Below are positions 1-11,655 of a stretch of DNA of 64,000 nucleotides, piece after piece; the first letter of the stretch is position 1; every line of letters starts with the position of its first letter. The stretch is from an uncultured Phycisphaerales bacterium (GTDB lineage Bacteria > Planctomycetota > Phycisphaerae > Tepidisphaerales > Tepidisphaeraceae). The notes under the pieces are model-generated. The model made no database searches. It saw only the letters and a list, made by a program, of their open reading frames with translations, and was not told where the DNA came from. The position numbers were made by a program, and so were the translations under genes. The DNA lies in assembly GCA_963758525.1 (NCBI GenBank), contig CAVWVQ010000003.1, positions 128,001 to 192,000 on the forward strand, given 5' to 3'.

Positions 1-312
1 AAGGTTGCGGTGATGGGATGCGTGGTGAATGGGCCGGGCGAATGCGAAGGGGCCGACATCGCGATTTTTGCCGGCGATCGTCGTGGAATTATCTACGTTC
101 AAGGGGAAAAGGTCGCGAATGTGCCGGAAGAATTGATTCTTTCGCGGCTCCTCGAGGAGTGCAAGAAATTCCAATCGCTGGTCGAACGTGGCGAAGCGCG
201 GCTCGGGGAGAAGAAAGTGGATATTCTCCCGCCTGATCCGATCGGCGATCTCGGCAGCGGCTGGGAGAAGATCGAGAAGGAAAAGGGGATGTCGCTGCCG
301 GTAGTGAAATGA
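1..312 (+). CDS. ispG: 4-hydroxy-3-methylbut-2-en-1-yl diphosphate synthase, C-terminal part (5'-truncated by window)
   Basis: Frame 1 reads KVAVMGCVVNGPGECEGADIA, the IspG Fe-S motif. Confidence 0.9.
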   Translation, partial: KVAVMGCVVNGPGECEGADIAIFAGDRRGIIYVQGEKVANVPEELILSRLLEECKKFQSLVERGEARLGEKKVDILPPDPIGDLGSGWEKIEKEKGMSLPVVK

Positions 313-318
313 GGGGGC

Positions 319-353
319 AGGCACAGAGGCACGAAGGCACGCAGGCACGAAGG
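319..353. repeat. 8-bp tandem repeat (AGGCACGA)x4
   Basis: aggcacag aggcacga aggcacgc aggcacga; same unit recurs near 30.2, 32.1, 43.3, 45.5 and 60.4 kb. Confidence 0.85.
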
Positions 354-395
354 GAAGGATCATGGGGAGAGCTGAGAGTTTCGCGCTGGAACGAT

Positions 396-1055
396 ATGAC
401 GTCAGTTGCAAAAGAGATACGAGAGTCTGTTCGGTCAGAGGATGACATCGGCCACGTTGTCCTTCAAAATATCGCATGGGAAACTTACGAACTATTGCTC
501 CGGGATCTGGAGGAGCAGCATTACCGTCTGACATATGACGGGGGAACTCTCGAAATCATGTCTCCATCACGTTTGCGCGAACGAGCCGGTCGACTGCTGG
601 GTCGTTTGATCTACGCGTACAGCGAAGCGCGCGACATTCCGATTGCCAGTTTCGGAAGCGCCACATGGCGTCGGCGCGACCTCTTCAAGGGACTGGAAGC
701 CGACGAGTGCTATTACGTAGCCAGCGAGGCGAGTATTCGCGGCCGGGATGAAATCGACATCAATGTCGACCCGCCGCCCGACCTTGCGATTGAAGTCGAT
801 ATCACGCCGAGCGCACTGGAAAAGCAACGCATCTATGCCGCCCTGGGAGTTGCGGAATTGTGGCGATGGGAAGACGAGACGCTGTGGGTCATGGCGCTCC
901 AAGCGGATCGGCAGTATGTTCGATCGCAGACGAGCCTGAATTTCCCCGAGCTGCCGCTGGCGGAGATCGCCCGATTCATGGCGATTCGCCACGACAGCAG
1001 CGAAACCGCCTGGATCAAGCTCTTTCGCGAGTGGCTCGTCACGACCGGAGCGTGA
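396..1055 (+). CDS. Uma2 (DUF820) family endonuclease
   Basis: RLTYDGGTLEIMSP, GLEADECYY, PPPDLAIEVDIT, YAALGVAELWRW; ATG 396 preferred because 309-395 is repeat-derived. Confidence 0.85.
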   Translation: MTSVAKEIRESVRSEDDIGHVVLQNIAWETYELLLRDLEEQHYRLTYDGGTLEIMSPSRLRERAGRLLGRLIYAYSEARDIPIASFGSATWRRRDLFKGLEADECYYVASEASIRGRDEIDINVDPPPDLAIEVDITPSALEKQRIYAALGVAELWRWEDETLWVMALQADRQYVRSQTSLNFPELPLAEIARFMAIRHDSSETAWIKLFREWLVTTGA

Positions 1056-1058
1056 AGC

Positions 1059-2474
1059 ATGTTTGAGCGAGTTACGGATCGGTGTCGGCACGTTATCGCC
1101 ATGGCGACCGCGGAGGCAGCCAGGCGCCAGCAGACCCAGGTCACGCCGGTGCATCTGCTGCACGGCATCCTGACGGAAGGACACAGCGGGTCGGCAAAAC
1201 TCCTCAACAGCTCAGGAGTGACGCTGGCCGAGTGGAATCAACGGATCGCCAAGGATTCTCCCGACCCCGCGCTCGGTTCTCTGGTTTTAAAACCGCCGCA
1301 GAGCGAGGCGGCGAAGAATGCGATTCTCTTTGCCATCGACTCGGCGCGCGAGCGGGGCCGGCACTGGATCGGGACGGAGGATCTGCTTCTGGGGCTGCTG
1401 CACGACCCGGCATCGGACGCGGTCCATGCGCTGGACACGCTTCACGTCGACATCAATGCCCTGCGCGATCAGACGCTGGAGTTGCTGGCGAGCAGGGGCG
1501 ATCCGAAATCGATCCGCGTCGGCATCATCGGCGTCAGCGGATACGGCGGCGGGGAGGCGCTGCGGCTCTGCGCCAATCATCCGCGCTTTCAAGTGGCTTA
1601 TGTCGCGGGCGAAGGAAGCGCGGGACAGAAACTCATCGAGCGGTTTCCCGGCATCGGGCCGCTCGGGCAACTCACGATCGAAAAGTGGAATCCGGCAAGT
1701 TTGCCGGCGCTGGACATCCTCTTCGCGTCATTGCCGACGGGCGAGTCAAAGGCCGCTCTGGCACAGGTGCCCGCGGAGACGAAAATCATCGACATCGGCG
1801 GGGATCATCGCTTCACCGAAGGCTGGACCTACGGGCTGGCGGATGTCTGGCCCGACAAAATCCGCGCGGCAACGCGCGTCGCCAATCCGGGCTGCTATTC
1901 CTCTGCCACGCTGGCGGCGTTAGCACCACTGATCGCGGACGGCCTGGTCAGCCCGACCGGCATCATCATCGACGCCAAGTCCGGCGTCAGCGGCGCGGGC
2001 CGGGGCGGCGGCGCCACGCTCGGATTTGCGGATGTGAATGAAGACGTTTCCGCGTACGGCCTGCTGAAGCATGCGCAGGTGCCGGAGATGATCCATGCGC
2101 TGACGACCCTTGCGAAAAGCGAAGCCTCGCTTCTCTTCACGCCGCATCTGATGCCGATGACGCGTGGCATTCTCGCGACGTGTTACGCGAAGGGAACTGC
2201 AACGACTGAGCAATGTTTCGCGTCGGCCCGGAAGTTCTACGAAGGCCGCCCTTTCGTCCGCGTGGTCGAGAAGCCGCCGCATACGAAGTGGGCGACAGGC
2301 TCGAATCTCGTGTATGTGTCGTACGCCGCCGATCCGAAGAGCGGGACGGTGATCGCGCTGGGTGCGATCGACAACCTCGGAAAAGGCGCCGCGGGGCAGG
2401 CAGTTCAGAACGCGAATTTAATGATGGATTTGCCGGAAATGACTGGGTTGGAAGGCACGCCGCTTTGGCCGTGA
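1059..2474 (+). CDS. argC: N-acetyl-gamma-glutamyl-phosphate reductase with N-terminal Clp repeat (Clp_N) domain
   Basis: aa 1-145 Clp_N-like (MFERVTDR, IGTEDLLLGLL); then IRVGIIGVSGYGG, ANPGCY, DAKSGVSGAGR, IDNLGKGAAGQAVQNAN. Confidence 0.9.
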   Translation: MFERVTDRCRHVIAMATAEAARRQQTQVTPVHLLHGILTEGHSGSAKLLNSSGVTLAEWNQRIAKDSPDPALGSLVLKPPQSEAAKNAILFAIDSARERGRHWIGTEDLLLGLLHDPASDAVHALDTLHVDINALRDQTLELLASRGDPKSIRVGIIGVSGYGGGEALRLCANHPRFQVAYVAGEGSAGQKLIERFPGIGPLGQLTIEKWNPASLPALDILFASLPTGESKAALAQVPAETKIIDIGGDHRFTEGWTYGLADVWPDKIRAATRVANPGCYSSATLAALAPLIADGLVSPTGIIIDAKSGVSGAGRGGGATLGFADVNEDVSAYGLLKHAQVPEMIHALTTLAKSEASLLFTPHLMPMTRGILATCYAKGTATTEQCFASARKFYEGRPFVRVVEKPPHTKWATGSNLVYVSYAADPKSGTVIALGAIDNLGKGAAGQAVQNANLMMDLPEMTGLEGTPLWP

Positions 2475-2495
2475 TTGACGCGGGATTGACGCAGC

Positions 2496-2789
2496 TTGGG
2501 AGCGTTATTTGTCAAAATCCGGCAGCTTGTCCTCGGCGGCCGGTATTTGATTGGCCAACACGCTGCCGAGCGTTTGGAGCAGCGCGGAATTCTTGAATGG
2601 CAAATCGTAGACGGGATCGAGAGCGGAACGTTGATTGCGGAGGAGCCCAACGACGTTCCCAATCCATCAGTGGAAGTTCATCAACTGCTGGCAGATGCGA
2701 CTCCCGTCAAGGCCGTGTGGTCGCTTCTGATTTCGATGGACGTCAGCAAACTGGTGACGGTACACTTCTTTGACGAGCAACAACGATGA
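2496..2789 (+). CDS. DUF4258-like protein (putative RelE-fold toxin)
   Basis: YLIGQHAAERLEQRGI ... KLVTVHFFD pattern; ATGA overlap with the next gene. Confidence 0.6.
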   Translation: MGALFVKIRQLVLGGRYLIGQHAAERLEQRGILEWQIVDGIESGTLIAEEPNDVPNPSVEVHQLLADATPVKAVWSLLISMDVSKLVTVHFFDEQQR

Positions 2790-3013
2790 ACACTCAAGGT
2801 AAGCGAGTTCGACGCACGCGGTTGGTTCGCACCGACCAATTCGTTGTCGCGGTGGAGGTCGAAGCAGTGATCCCGGACGGCGATCCGAGCGAAGCGTGCT
2901 TCGAGCCTGAAACGGTCGAGCTTCTGCGACAGGTGGAGGCTCGCGCAAAACAGGGCGACATTAACTGGCTGCGCCAGCATGGAAAGGTTTACACCGCTCT
3001 GGGGGCGGCTTGA
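2786..3013 (+). CDS. small hypothetical protein, putative antitoxin partner of the DUF4258 gene
   Basis: 75 aa, translationally coupled to the upstream gene. Confidence 0.55.
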   Translation: MNTQGKRVRRTRLVRTDQFVVAVEVEAVIPDGDPSEACFEPETVELLRQVEARAKQGDINWLRQHGKVYTALGAA

Positions 3014-3106
3014 ATCGCAACCGCTCGCGCCTATTTGAACTCGATGCGTTCCGCGAAGAACCGAAGCTCGCGTCGTATCGCCGCGTTTCCCCGGGGGTCG
3101 CGGCCG

Positions 3107-3793
3107 CTACCCGTGCTTCGCAGATTCGCCCACCATCACCGGCGCAGCGTCGCCTTGAGATCGCCGTCCCTGCAACACGTGAATGATCGGCGGGATCAGC
3201 GAGATGAAGATGATCGCCAGCACGACCACCTGGAAGTGAGCGTTCACCCACGGAATTCGGCCAAAGCAATAACCGCAGAGGGTGACGCCGACGACCCAGA
3301 AAATTCCGCCGCTGATGCTGAAGAGAATGAAACGCGAGAATGGCATGCGCCCGATGCCGGCGACGAAGGGGGCGAACGTGCGAATGATCGGAACAAAACG
3401 GGCGAGAATGATCGTCTTGCGCCCGTGACGATTGTAGAAACTCTGGGCTTCGAGCAGATGCTTCTTGTTCAGGAGCCAGGAAGATTCGCGGCTGAAAACA
3501 TTGGGACCCAGGCGATAACCCATCAGATAGTTGACCAGATCCCCGCAGTTCGCGGCGACGCACAGAAGCGGGATGAGCACCGGCAGCGAGATGGCCGAAC
3601 TCTTGTAGGCGAGCGCGCCGAGCGCGAAGAGGAGCGAGTCGCCCGGCAGAAATGGTGTCACCACCAGCCCGGTTTCACAAAACACGATGGCAAAGAGGAG
3701 CAAATACAGCTTCGGCCCCATATCCGTCGCCGCCTGATCCAGGTGATGATCCAGATGCAGGAAGTAGTCCACCGCGGTATGCAGCAAATCCAT
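3107..3793 (-). CDS. dedA: DedA family membrane protein
   Basis: FCETGLVVTPFLPGDSLLF, ARFVPIIRTFAPFVAG. Confidence 0.92.
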   Translation of the reverse strand: MDLLHTAVDYFLHLDHHLDQAATDMGPKLYLLLFAIVFCETGLVVTPFLPGDSLLFALGALAYKSSAISLPVLIPLLCVAANCGDLVNYLMGYRLGPNVFSRESSWLLNKKHLLEAQSFYNRHGRKTIILARFVPIIRTFAPFVAGIGRMPFSRFILFSISGGIFWVVGVTLCGYCFGRIPWVNAHFQVVVLAIIFISLIPPIIHVLQGRRSQGDAAPVMVGESAKHG

Positions 3794-4069
3794 TAGAACG
3801 GCTCCTTGGTCTTTCCACTATCGACCAGTCGAACGATAAACTAAGCACCGCGCTTCCGCGAGGGCCGCTCCCTTTCACGCGATGCGATTGAGCGGTCCGA
3901 TACAATCGGATGCGTGGCGTGGCATCTTGATTACCCGAAACCCGCTTCTACAATCGGCTGAGAACTCGATCCAGATGCACGACGGGCAGGATAATGTCGT
4001 ATAATTGAGGGTGCCGGGTTTGTCTGACTTGTAATCGAGAGGTCGGCCCAAACCGCTGGCTACCAGGAG

Positions 4070-6597
<2,528 letters not shown>

Positions 6598-6625
6598 GCC
6601 GATGGGTCATTTAACCTTCAGCATG

Positions 6626-6655
6626 AGCCGCCCGGACCGCAAGGTCCGGGCGGCT
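6626..6655 (+). terminator. 13-bp stem with GCAA loop after clpC (terminator or stabiliser)
   Basis: agccgcccggacc-gcaa-ggtccgggcggct; weak U-tract. Confidence 0.6.
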
Positions 6656-6904
6656 TACATTGGTACGCGTTCGAATCGCTCTGATCCGCTCCGCAACGAT
6701 GGGGGAACTTGGAAAAAGTTGCAAAAATTCTTGGTGCCAAAAGCCCCCAAAATAACATGTAACTCTAGTAACTTATTGCAGTTGGAGCATTTGACTCGGA
6801 GGTCGAACGTTCTAATGATCCCTTAGCAGGAGGCCGATAAGTTCCTTGTGCGGGAACCTGATCGGAACATCCAGCGCGACTCGTCCACGGAATGCTTGGA
6901 CGCT

Positions 6905-9061
6905 ATGTCGAAAAGAACATCCGCCATCTGGGTAGTCTTTACCGTGGCAGCGATGCTGTCGCTCGCTTCGGCAGCAACCATCAACGAGCTGCGGCCCACG
7001 ACAGCCCCGACGTCCGAGCCGGCGCCCTCCCCTGTAGGCCAAGCTATTTCAACCGCTGTTCCCGCTGCAATTCAGGAAAATCCTTATACCTTTGTCCATG
7101 GCCGCCAAGGCTTTTGGCGTGTGGCAAAAACGCCGGAAGGTGTGTGGTGGTTTGTCAGCCCCGACGACCGACGCGAATTTCTGAACCTCGTGGATTCGGT
7201 GCAGCCCATTCTGCATGGACGCGATACGGCGGGTCCCGATTATGTTTCCACCGATTACGACGCCACCGCGCCAAACACGATGGACCGCTGGGCGCAGGCG
7301 AGCGTGAGCCGGGTGCTGAACATCGGGTTCAAGGGCGTCGGCGCCTGGTCGGCGCCCTCGCTGCACAACTGCAACATTCCAATGACCCAGGACCTGAACA
7401 TCTCGTCCTGGGCTCGCAGCAGCAACGCCCTGCTCTTCAGTCCGGAATGGAGCAAGGCGGCTGAGGACGCAGTTAAAACGCAGGCCGCCCCGCTGCGGGA
7501 GAATCGGAATCTGGTTGGCTATTACCTCGACAATGAAGTGGACTGGGAGGATGAAACCGGAAGTCCCGCCACCTACTTCAACAATCTGCACCTTGATGAC
7601 CCGAATCGAAAAGAGGTGCTTGGCGTCATTGAGTCTGTCTGGCAAAGCGTGACGGCATTCAACGGCGACTGGGGCCTGAGCCTGAAAGATTGGACCGGTC
7701 TTTCCAGCCTTCAGACGCTCCCCCGCAGCAGCGGCAGTGCCTACGACCGCCTCAGCAGCGCGTGGCTCTCTCACCTGGCGGACAGCTACTTCCGGATCAC
7801 GACGACGCTGCTCAAAAAATACGACCCCAATCATCTCGTGCTCGGCGTCCGCTACCGCGGGTCCGTGCCCGCCGAGGTGGCGCGGGCGTCTCGTCCATAC
7901 ACCGATGCCCAATCGCTGAATTATTACGTCTCCGACGCCAAGGCCGACGCGGACCTCTTCCGCATGATTGCCGACGAGTCAAAGCAGCCGCTGATCATCA
8001 GCGAATACTCGTTCCACTCCCTCGATAACCGCAGCGGCGATCGCAACCTGATCGGCTTCGATGCACAAGTGCCCGACCAGGAAGCTCGCGGCGAAGCGTA
8101 TCGGCAGATGACGACACGGTTGGCGCGAGTTCCCTATGTCATCGGCGCCGACTGGTTTCAGTGGGCGGACGAGCCGTCCAGCGGTCGGGACGCGGACGGC
8201 GAAGACGTGAACTTTGGCGTGGTTGACGTGGACGATCACGCCTACGAGCCGCTCGCCCGCGCAGTGCGCGAAACAACGCCGCAGCTTGATGATCTGCATG
8301 GCCGCAGCCCCTCGGACGATGACGCGGATGTGTGGCGCGAGAGTTTTCTCACTGACCGCCCTGTTGGGAAAATTCCATTCCTGACGCAGCCAATCAAGCT
8401 CGATGGTCGTCTCAACGACTGGCCCGCGGAATGCCGTATCCACGGGATGCGGACCGACAAGGTCGTCGGAAGCGAGCGCAATCATCTCCCGCCGCCCGAC
8501 GTCTACCTCGGATGGACCGTGGATGGCGTGTATCTTGGATTCACCGTCTACGATAACGACATCGAGGCCGCGCCTGCCGCCGGCTGGTGGTGGGCGCGCG
8601 ACAGCGTCGAGTTCTGGCTCGCGACCCGTCCGCCGCGCAGCGATCAGCGCGATTACGACGAGTTCGACCACCACTTCTTCTATGTTCCGATTGATTATCC
8701 GACCCTGAGCGGCGCCTCGGGTGTCGTCGGTCAATGGCATTCCCCCGGCGACGCGATTGCCGATCACCTCATCCCCGACCCTGACATTCGCCAGGCGAGC
8801 CGCATTCTTTCGGATCGATATACCGTCGAGATGTTCATCCCCGCCAAGGCGCTGCACGGCTATGACCCCAAGCACCAGCCGATGATGGCGTTCAATTTCC
8901 ACGCCCGCGACTACCAGCACGCGGCTGAGTACTTCTGGTCGGCGCCCAAGCAGGTGCAAACACAGGCCCATCCGAATTCGTGGGGGCTGATCAGTCTGAT
9001 GCCTCCAGGACCGGTTGCTCCGGTTTTAGCGGGGCTGCAGCCGCAAGCGCTCGCGAAATAA
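6905..9061 (+). CDS. secreted clan GH-A (GH50/beta-agarase-like) glycoside hydrolase with C-terminal CBM9/DOMON-like domain
   Basis: Signal peptide; GVWWFVSPD, GYYLDNE (acid/base), IISEYSF (nucleophile), WFQWADEP..GR..DGEDVNFG; C-terminal LDGRLNDW...DSVEFW...YTVEMFIP. Confidence 0.7.
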   Translation: MSKRTSAIWVVFTVAAMLSLASAATINELRPTTAPTSEPAPSPVGQAISTAVPAAIQENPYTFVHGRQGFWRVAKTPEGVWWFVSPDDRREFLNLVDSVQPILHGRDTAGPDYVSTDYDATAPNTMDRWAQASVSRVLNIGFKGVGAWSAPSLHNCNIPMTQDLNISSWARSSNALLFSPEWSKAAEDAVKTQAAPLRENRNLVGYYLDNEVDWEDETGSPATYFNNLHLDDPNRKEVLGVIESVWQSVTAFNGDWGLSLKDWTGLSSLQTLPRSSGSAYDRLSSAWLSHLADSYFRITTTLLKKYDPNHLVLGVRYRGSVPAEVARASRPYTDAQSLNYYVSDAKADADLFRMIADESKQPLIISEYSFHSLDNRSGDRNLIGFDAQVPDQEARGEAYRQMTTRLARVPYVIGADWFQWADEPSSGRDADGEDVNFGVVDVDDHAYEPLARAVRETTPQLDDLHGRSPSDDDADVWRESFLTDRPVGKIPFLTQPIKLDGRLNDWPAECRIHGMRTDKVVGSERNHLPPPDVYLGWTVDGVYLGFTVYDNDIEAAPAAGWWWARDSVEFWLATRPPRSDQRDYDEFDHHFFYVPIDYPTLSGASGVVGQWHSPGDAIADHLIPDPDIRQASRILSDRYTVEMFIPAKALHGYDPKHQPMMAFNFHARDYQHAAEYFWSAPKQVQTQAHPNSWGLISLMPPGPVAPVLAGLQPQALAK

Positions 9062-9172
9062 TTGGGAATGCACAGGTTGATGCCTTCGTGCAGCCGCCGA
9101 GCTGTCCGCGGTGTCTTCCAGCGTTCAGCAAATGGCGCGAGCACGGTCGGCGGTTACACGATGGAACAGGCG

Positions 9173-9208
9173 CAAAAAGAGGCCCGGAAAACGTTGTTTC
9201 CCGGGCCT
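9173..9208 (-). terminator. intrinsic terminator on the minus strand
   Basis: Minus strand aggcccggg-aaacaacgttt-tccgggcct followed by cttttt. Confidence 0.7.
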
Positions 9209-9318
9209 GCTTCAGTGTGTCTCTGCTGTGGTAGCTGAATAACCCTCGGGTCATCCACGGCTACCGAGCTGCTCAAGCAGCTGCGTGCACCGCAGGAATC
9301 GCACCATGCGGTTGCTGC

Positions 9319-9354
9319 TTAAAGCAGCCCACACGTACAGTCACAATTGGTCAC
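9319..9354 (-). CDS. candidate 11-aa peptide MTNCDCTCGLL
   Basis: Extended Shine-Dalgarno GGAGGTGATC; GGAGG lies 6 nt before GTG; TAA at 9321-9319. Confidence 0.35.
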   Translation of the reverse strand: MTNCDCTCGLL

Positions 9355-9749
9355 GGATCACCTCCATTTCACGCGGGCAACGATCGCGGCTGTTACCTGC
9401 CGTCAAAAAGTGCCCGAAGCCTTGCCCAGCCGTCGCGAAATTCGCCGCCAGGCTCTTTCTCCCGGCAACGCCTTGCCGGGAACATCACCGACTTCCAGAT
9501 CCGCATCTGAGGTCGGCAGAACGCTGATATAATATGTGCGCAAAGGTGCAAAAAGCGAGCAAAATATTGGGGCGATTGGCAGGATTTTTTTGAGCTGCGT
9601 TCAAACTGGATCCGCGAAGGGCAAGCTTCCACAGGCGAGGTTGAAACTTCGGACCTCTTCCCTACCCCAAACGGAAAAGGCCTACTGCTATTAGGCTGAT
9701 ATCAGTTGAAGCTTCCCCCGGTACTCCCGGGGAAGCTACAATACTCCGC

Positions 9750-9974
9750 ATGCCCAACGCACAGCAGACCCTGGATCGCGACTATCTGGAGATGCGATGG
9801 CGATGCCTCTCGCTCGCTGCCGATCTCGATCGCGTGCAGCGCGCAGAGAGCGGCAAATCCGTGCTCGCATCCGATCCTCGTGTCCAGCGGCTTCGCCAGG
9901 CGATCGCGATTCTCCTTCGCGACGAGCCCGGCCGTGCCGAGGCAGTTCAAAACATTTTCAGTGATCAATCGTAA
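9750..9974 (+). CDS. small hypothetical protein
   Basis: 74 aa helical ORF (LDRDYLEMRWRCLSLAADLDRVQR) with typical codon usage, upstream of the TatD-like gene. Confidence 0.7.
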   Translation: MPNAQQTLDRDYLEMRWRCLSLAADLDRVQRAESGKSVLASDPRVQRLRQAIAILLRDEPGRAEAVQNIFSDQS

Positions 9975-10060
9975 GAACCGGTTTTCAGTGTTCTGCGTCA
10001 AGTTCTCCGTTGGGATCATCCGAATGAAAACTGAAATCGAAAACTGAGAACCGAAGACGA

Positions 10061-10898
10061 ATGAACCTCATCGATCCTCACATTCACTGCGTCAGCCGAA
10101 CGACCGACGACTATCAGTTCATGGCCCGTTGCGGTGTCGTCGCGGTGTCCGAACCGGCGTTTTGGGCCGGGTACGATCGCTCGACCGCGTCCAGCTTTGC
10201 AGACTACTTCCGTCACCTGATGAGCGTCGAGCCCCTGCGTGCCGCTCGTTACGGCATCGACCACTACTGCTGGCTTTGCATCAACGCCAAGGAGGCTGAG
10301 AACGTCTCTCTCGCGCGAAGTGATCCAACTGATCCCCCCGCTGCTCGATCATCCGCGCGTTCTCGGCGTCGGCGAAATCGGATTGAACAAGAACACGCGG
10401 AATGAGATCACCATCTTCGAAGAACAGGTCGATCTTGCCGCCCGGCACGATCAGATGATTCTGATTCACACGCCGCACTTGAACGACAAGCACAAAGGCA
10501 CGTCGATCATCACCAGCATTTTGAAGAACGATCGCCGTATCCGGCCGCAGCGCGTGCTGATCGATCACTGCGAAGAGCACACCATCCGCATGGCCAGGGA
10601 GGCCGGCTTCTGGGCCGGGCTGACGGTTTATCCCGTAACCAAGGTCACGCCTCAACGAGCTGTGGACATCCTGGAAATGTTCGGTCCAAACATGATCTGC
10701 GTAAACAGCGCCAGCGATTGGGGTGAATCCGGCCCGCATCATCTGGTCGATACCTGCCTGGAGTTCCGTCGCCGAGGTCACAGCGAAGCAGAAGCGCTCG
10801 ACATCTTCCACGACAATCCGTGCCGGTTCTTCGGCCAATCGCCGAAGTGGAAAGTCGCTCCCCGTGGCACACATGGCACGGGCTTGCGACCTGTGTAA
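10061..10898 (+). CDS. TatD-family (EboB-like) metallohydrolase, frameshift at ~10315
   Basis: IDPHIH, VGEIGL, IHTPH, IDHCEE, NSASDWG split across two overlapping frames. Confidence 0.85.
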
Positions 10899-10992
10899 GC
10901 TGCGTCAAGAGTTGAATAAATCAAGTTTCACTTTTGCAGGCCGCGATTGTTTTCCCACCAAGTCGCCAACACGGGCAGGATGCCCGTGCCAC
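10874..10992. repeat. REP-like inverted pair
   Basis: tggcacgggcttgcgacctgtg (10874-10895) and cacgggcaggatgcccgtgcca (10970-10991). Confidence 0.65.
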
Positions 10993-11063
10993 TAAGATCC
11001 GCTTGAGAGAGGAGGCAGCGTTGCGTGCCGTGTTGCGCGAGGATTCGCTTCCGGCCGACAATG

Positions 11064-11618
11064 CTATGCCTTAGCGGGGAAGAACTCAGCGACTTTGCAG
11101 CGGAAATCAGGGATGACGTCGCAGGTGATTTCGTCCTGCTCGTGAAGGAAGACCGCGCCCTGCGGGCTGCGCACCATCACGGTTCGCGTGACCGGATCGA
11201 CAACCCATATCAAGACGAAGCCGTTCTGCAGATAGTCTTCAACCTTGGCAGAGATCTCCGAGGCGAGATCGTTCGGAGAGAGAACCTCAATAGCCAAGTC
11301 GGGCGGAATTCGGAAGTAACCCGATTTCGAATCGATGCCAGTCATGCGACTGGTGCGCATCACTGAAGCGTCCGGCTTGCGAAATTTTGCGGGATCCTCT
11401 GCAAAACATTGATAGCCCATGCTGGCGGGATAAACGCGGGCAATTCCAGTTTTGGCCGCCGCGACGCGAAGCAGGGAGCCGACGATCAACTCGATCTCAC
11501 TGGAATCAATGCTCACCGGCTTCTCCAGGATTTCTCCGTCGACGAAATCCACCCCCGGCTCATCCTGCAGATGAGCAAGATCGCTGACCGAAACCGGAAT
11601 GGTTTGAATGCTTGCCAT
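11064..11618 (-). CDS. Uma2 (DUF820) family endonuclease
   Basis: FVDGEILEK, RKPDAS, PPDLAIEVLSP, YLQNGFVLIWVVDP. Confidence 0.88.
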   Translation of the reverse strand: MASIQTIPVSVSDLAHLQDEPGVDFVDGEILEKPVSIDSSEIELIVGSLLRVAAAKTGIARVYPASMGYQCFAEDPAKFRKPDASVMRTSRMTGIDSKSGYFRIPPDLAIEVLSPNDLASEISAKVEDYLQNGFVLIWVVDPVTRTVMVRSPQGAVFLHEQDEITCDVIPDFRCKVAEFFPAKA

Positions 11619-11655
11619 AGCAGATCAAGATGGATTCTAGCAGAACTGGGAGTAT

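Larger units (their letters stand above)
9173..9525 (-). ncRNA. candidate structured small RNA or small-ORF mRNA
   Basis: At least 7 consecutive hairpins between an AT-rich promoter-like stretch (~9526-9570) and a terminator; no long ORF. Confidence 0.4.

Noticed and set aside
3800..4069. CtsR or HrcA (CIRCE) operator upstream of clpC
   Set aside because: Neither consensus is present; only an isolated TATAAT at 4000-4005
9355..9365. 16S rRNA 3'-end fragment (GGATCACCTCC)
   Set aside because: The flanks have no rRNA similarity; better read as an SD on the minus strand
9173..9525. tmRNA, RNase P RNA or SRP RNA
   Set aside because: No tRNA-like ends or T-loop, no GAGGAAAGTCC core, no SRP GGAA-loop motif
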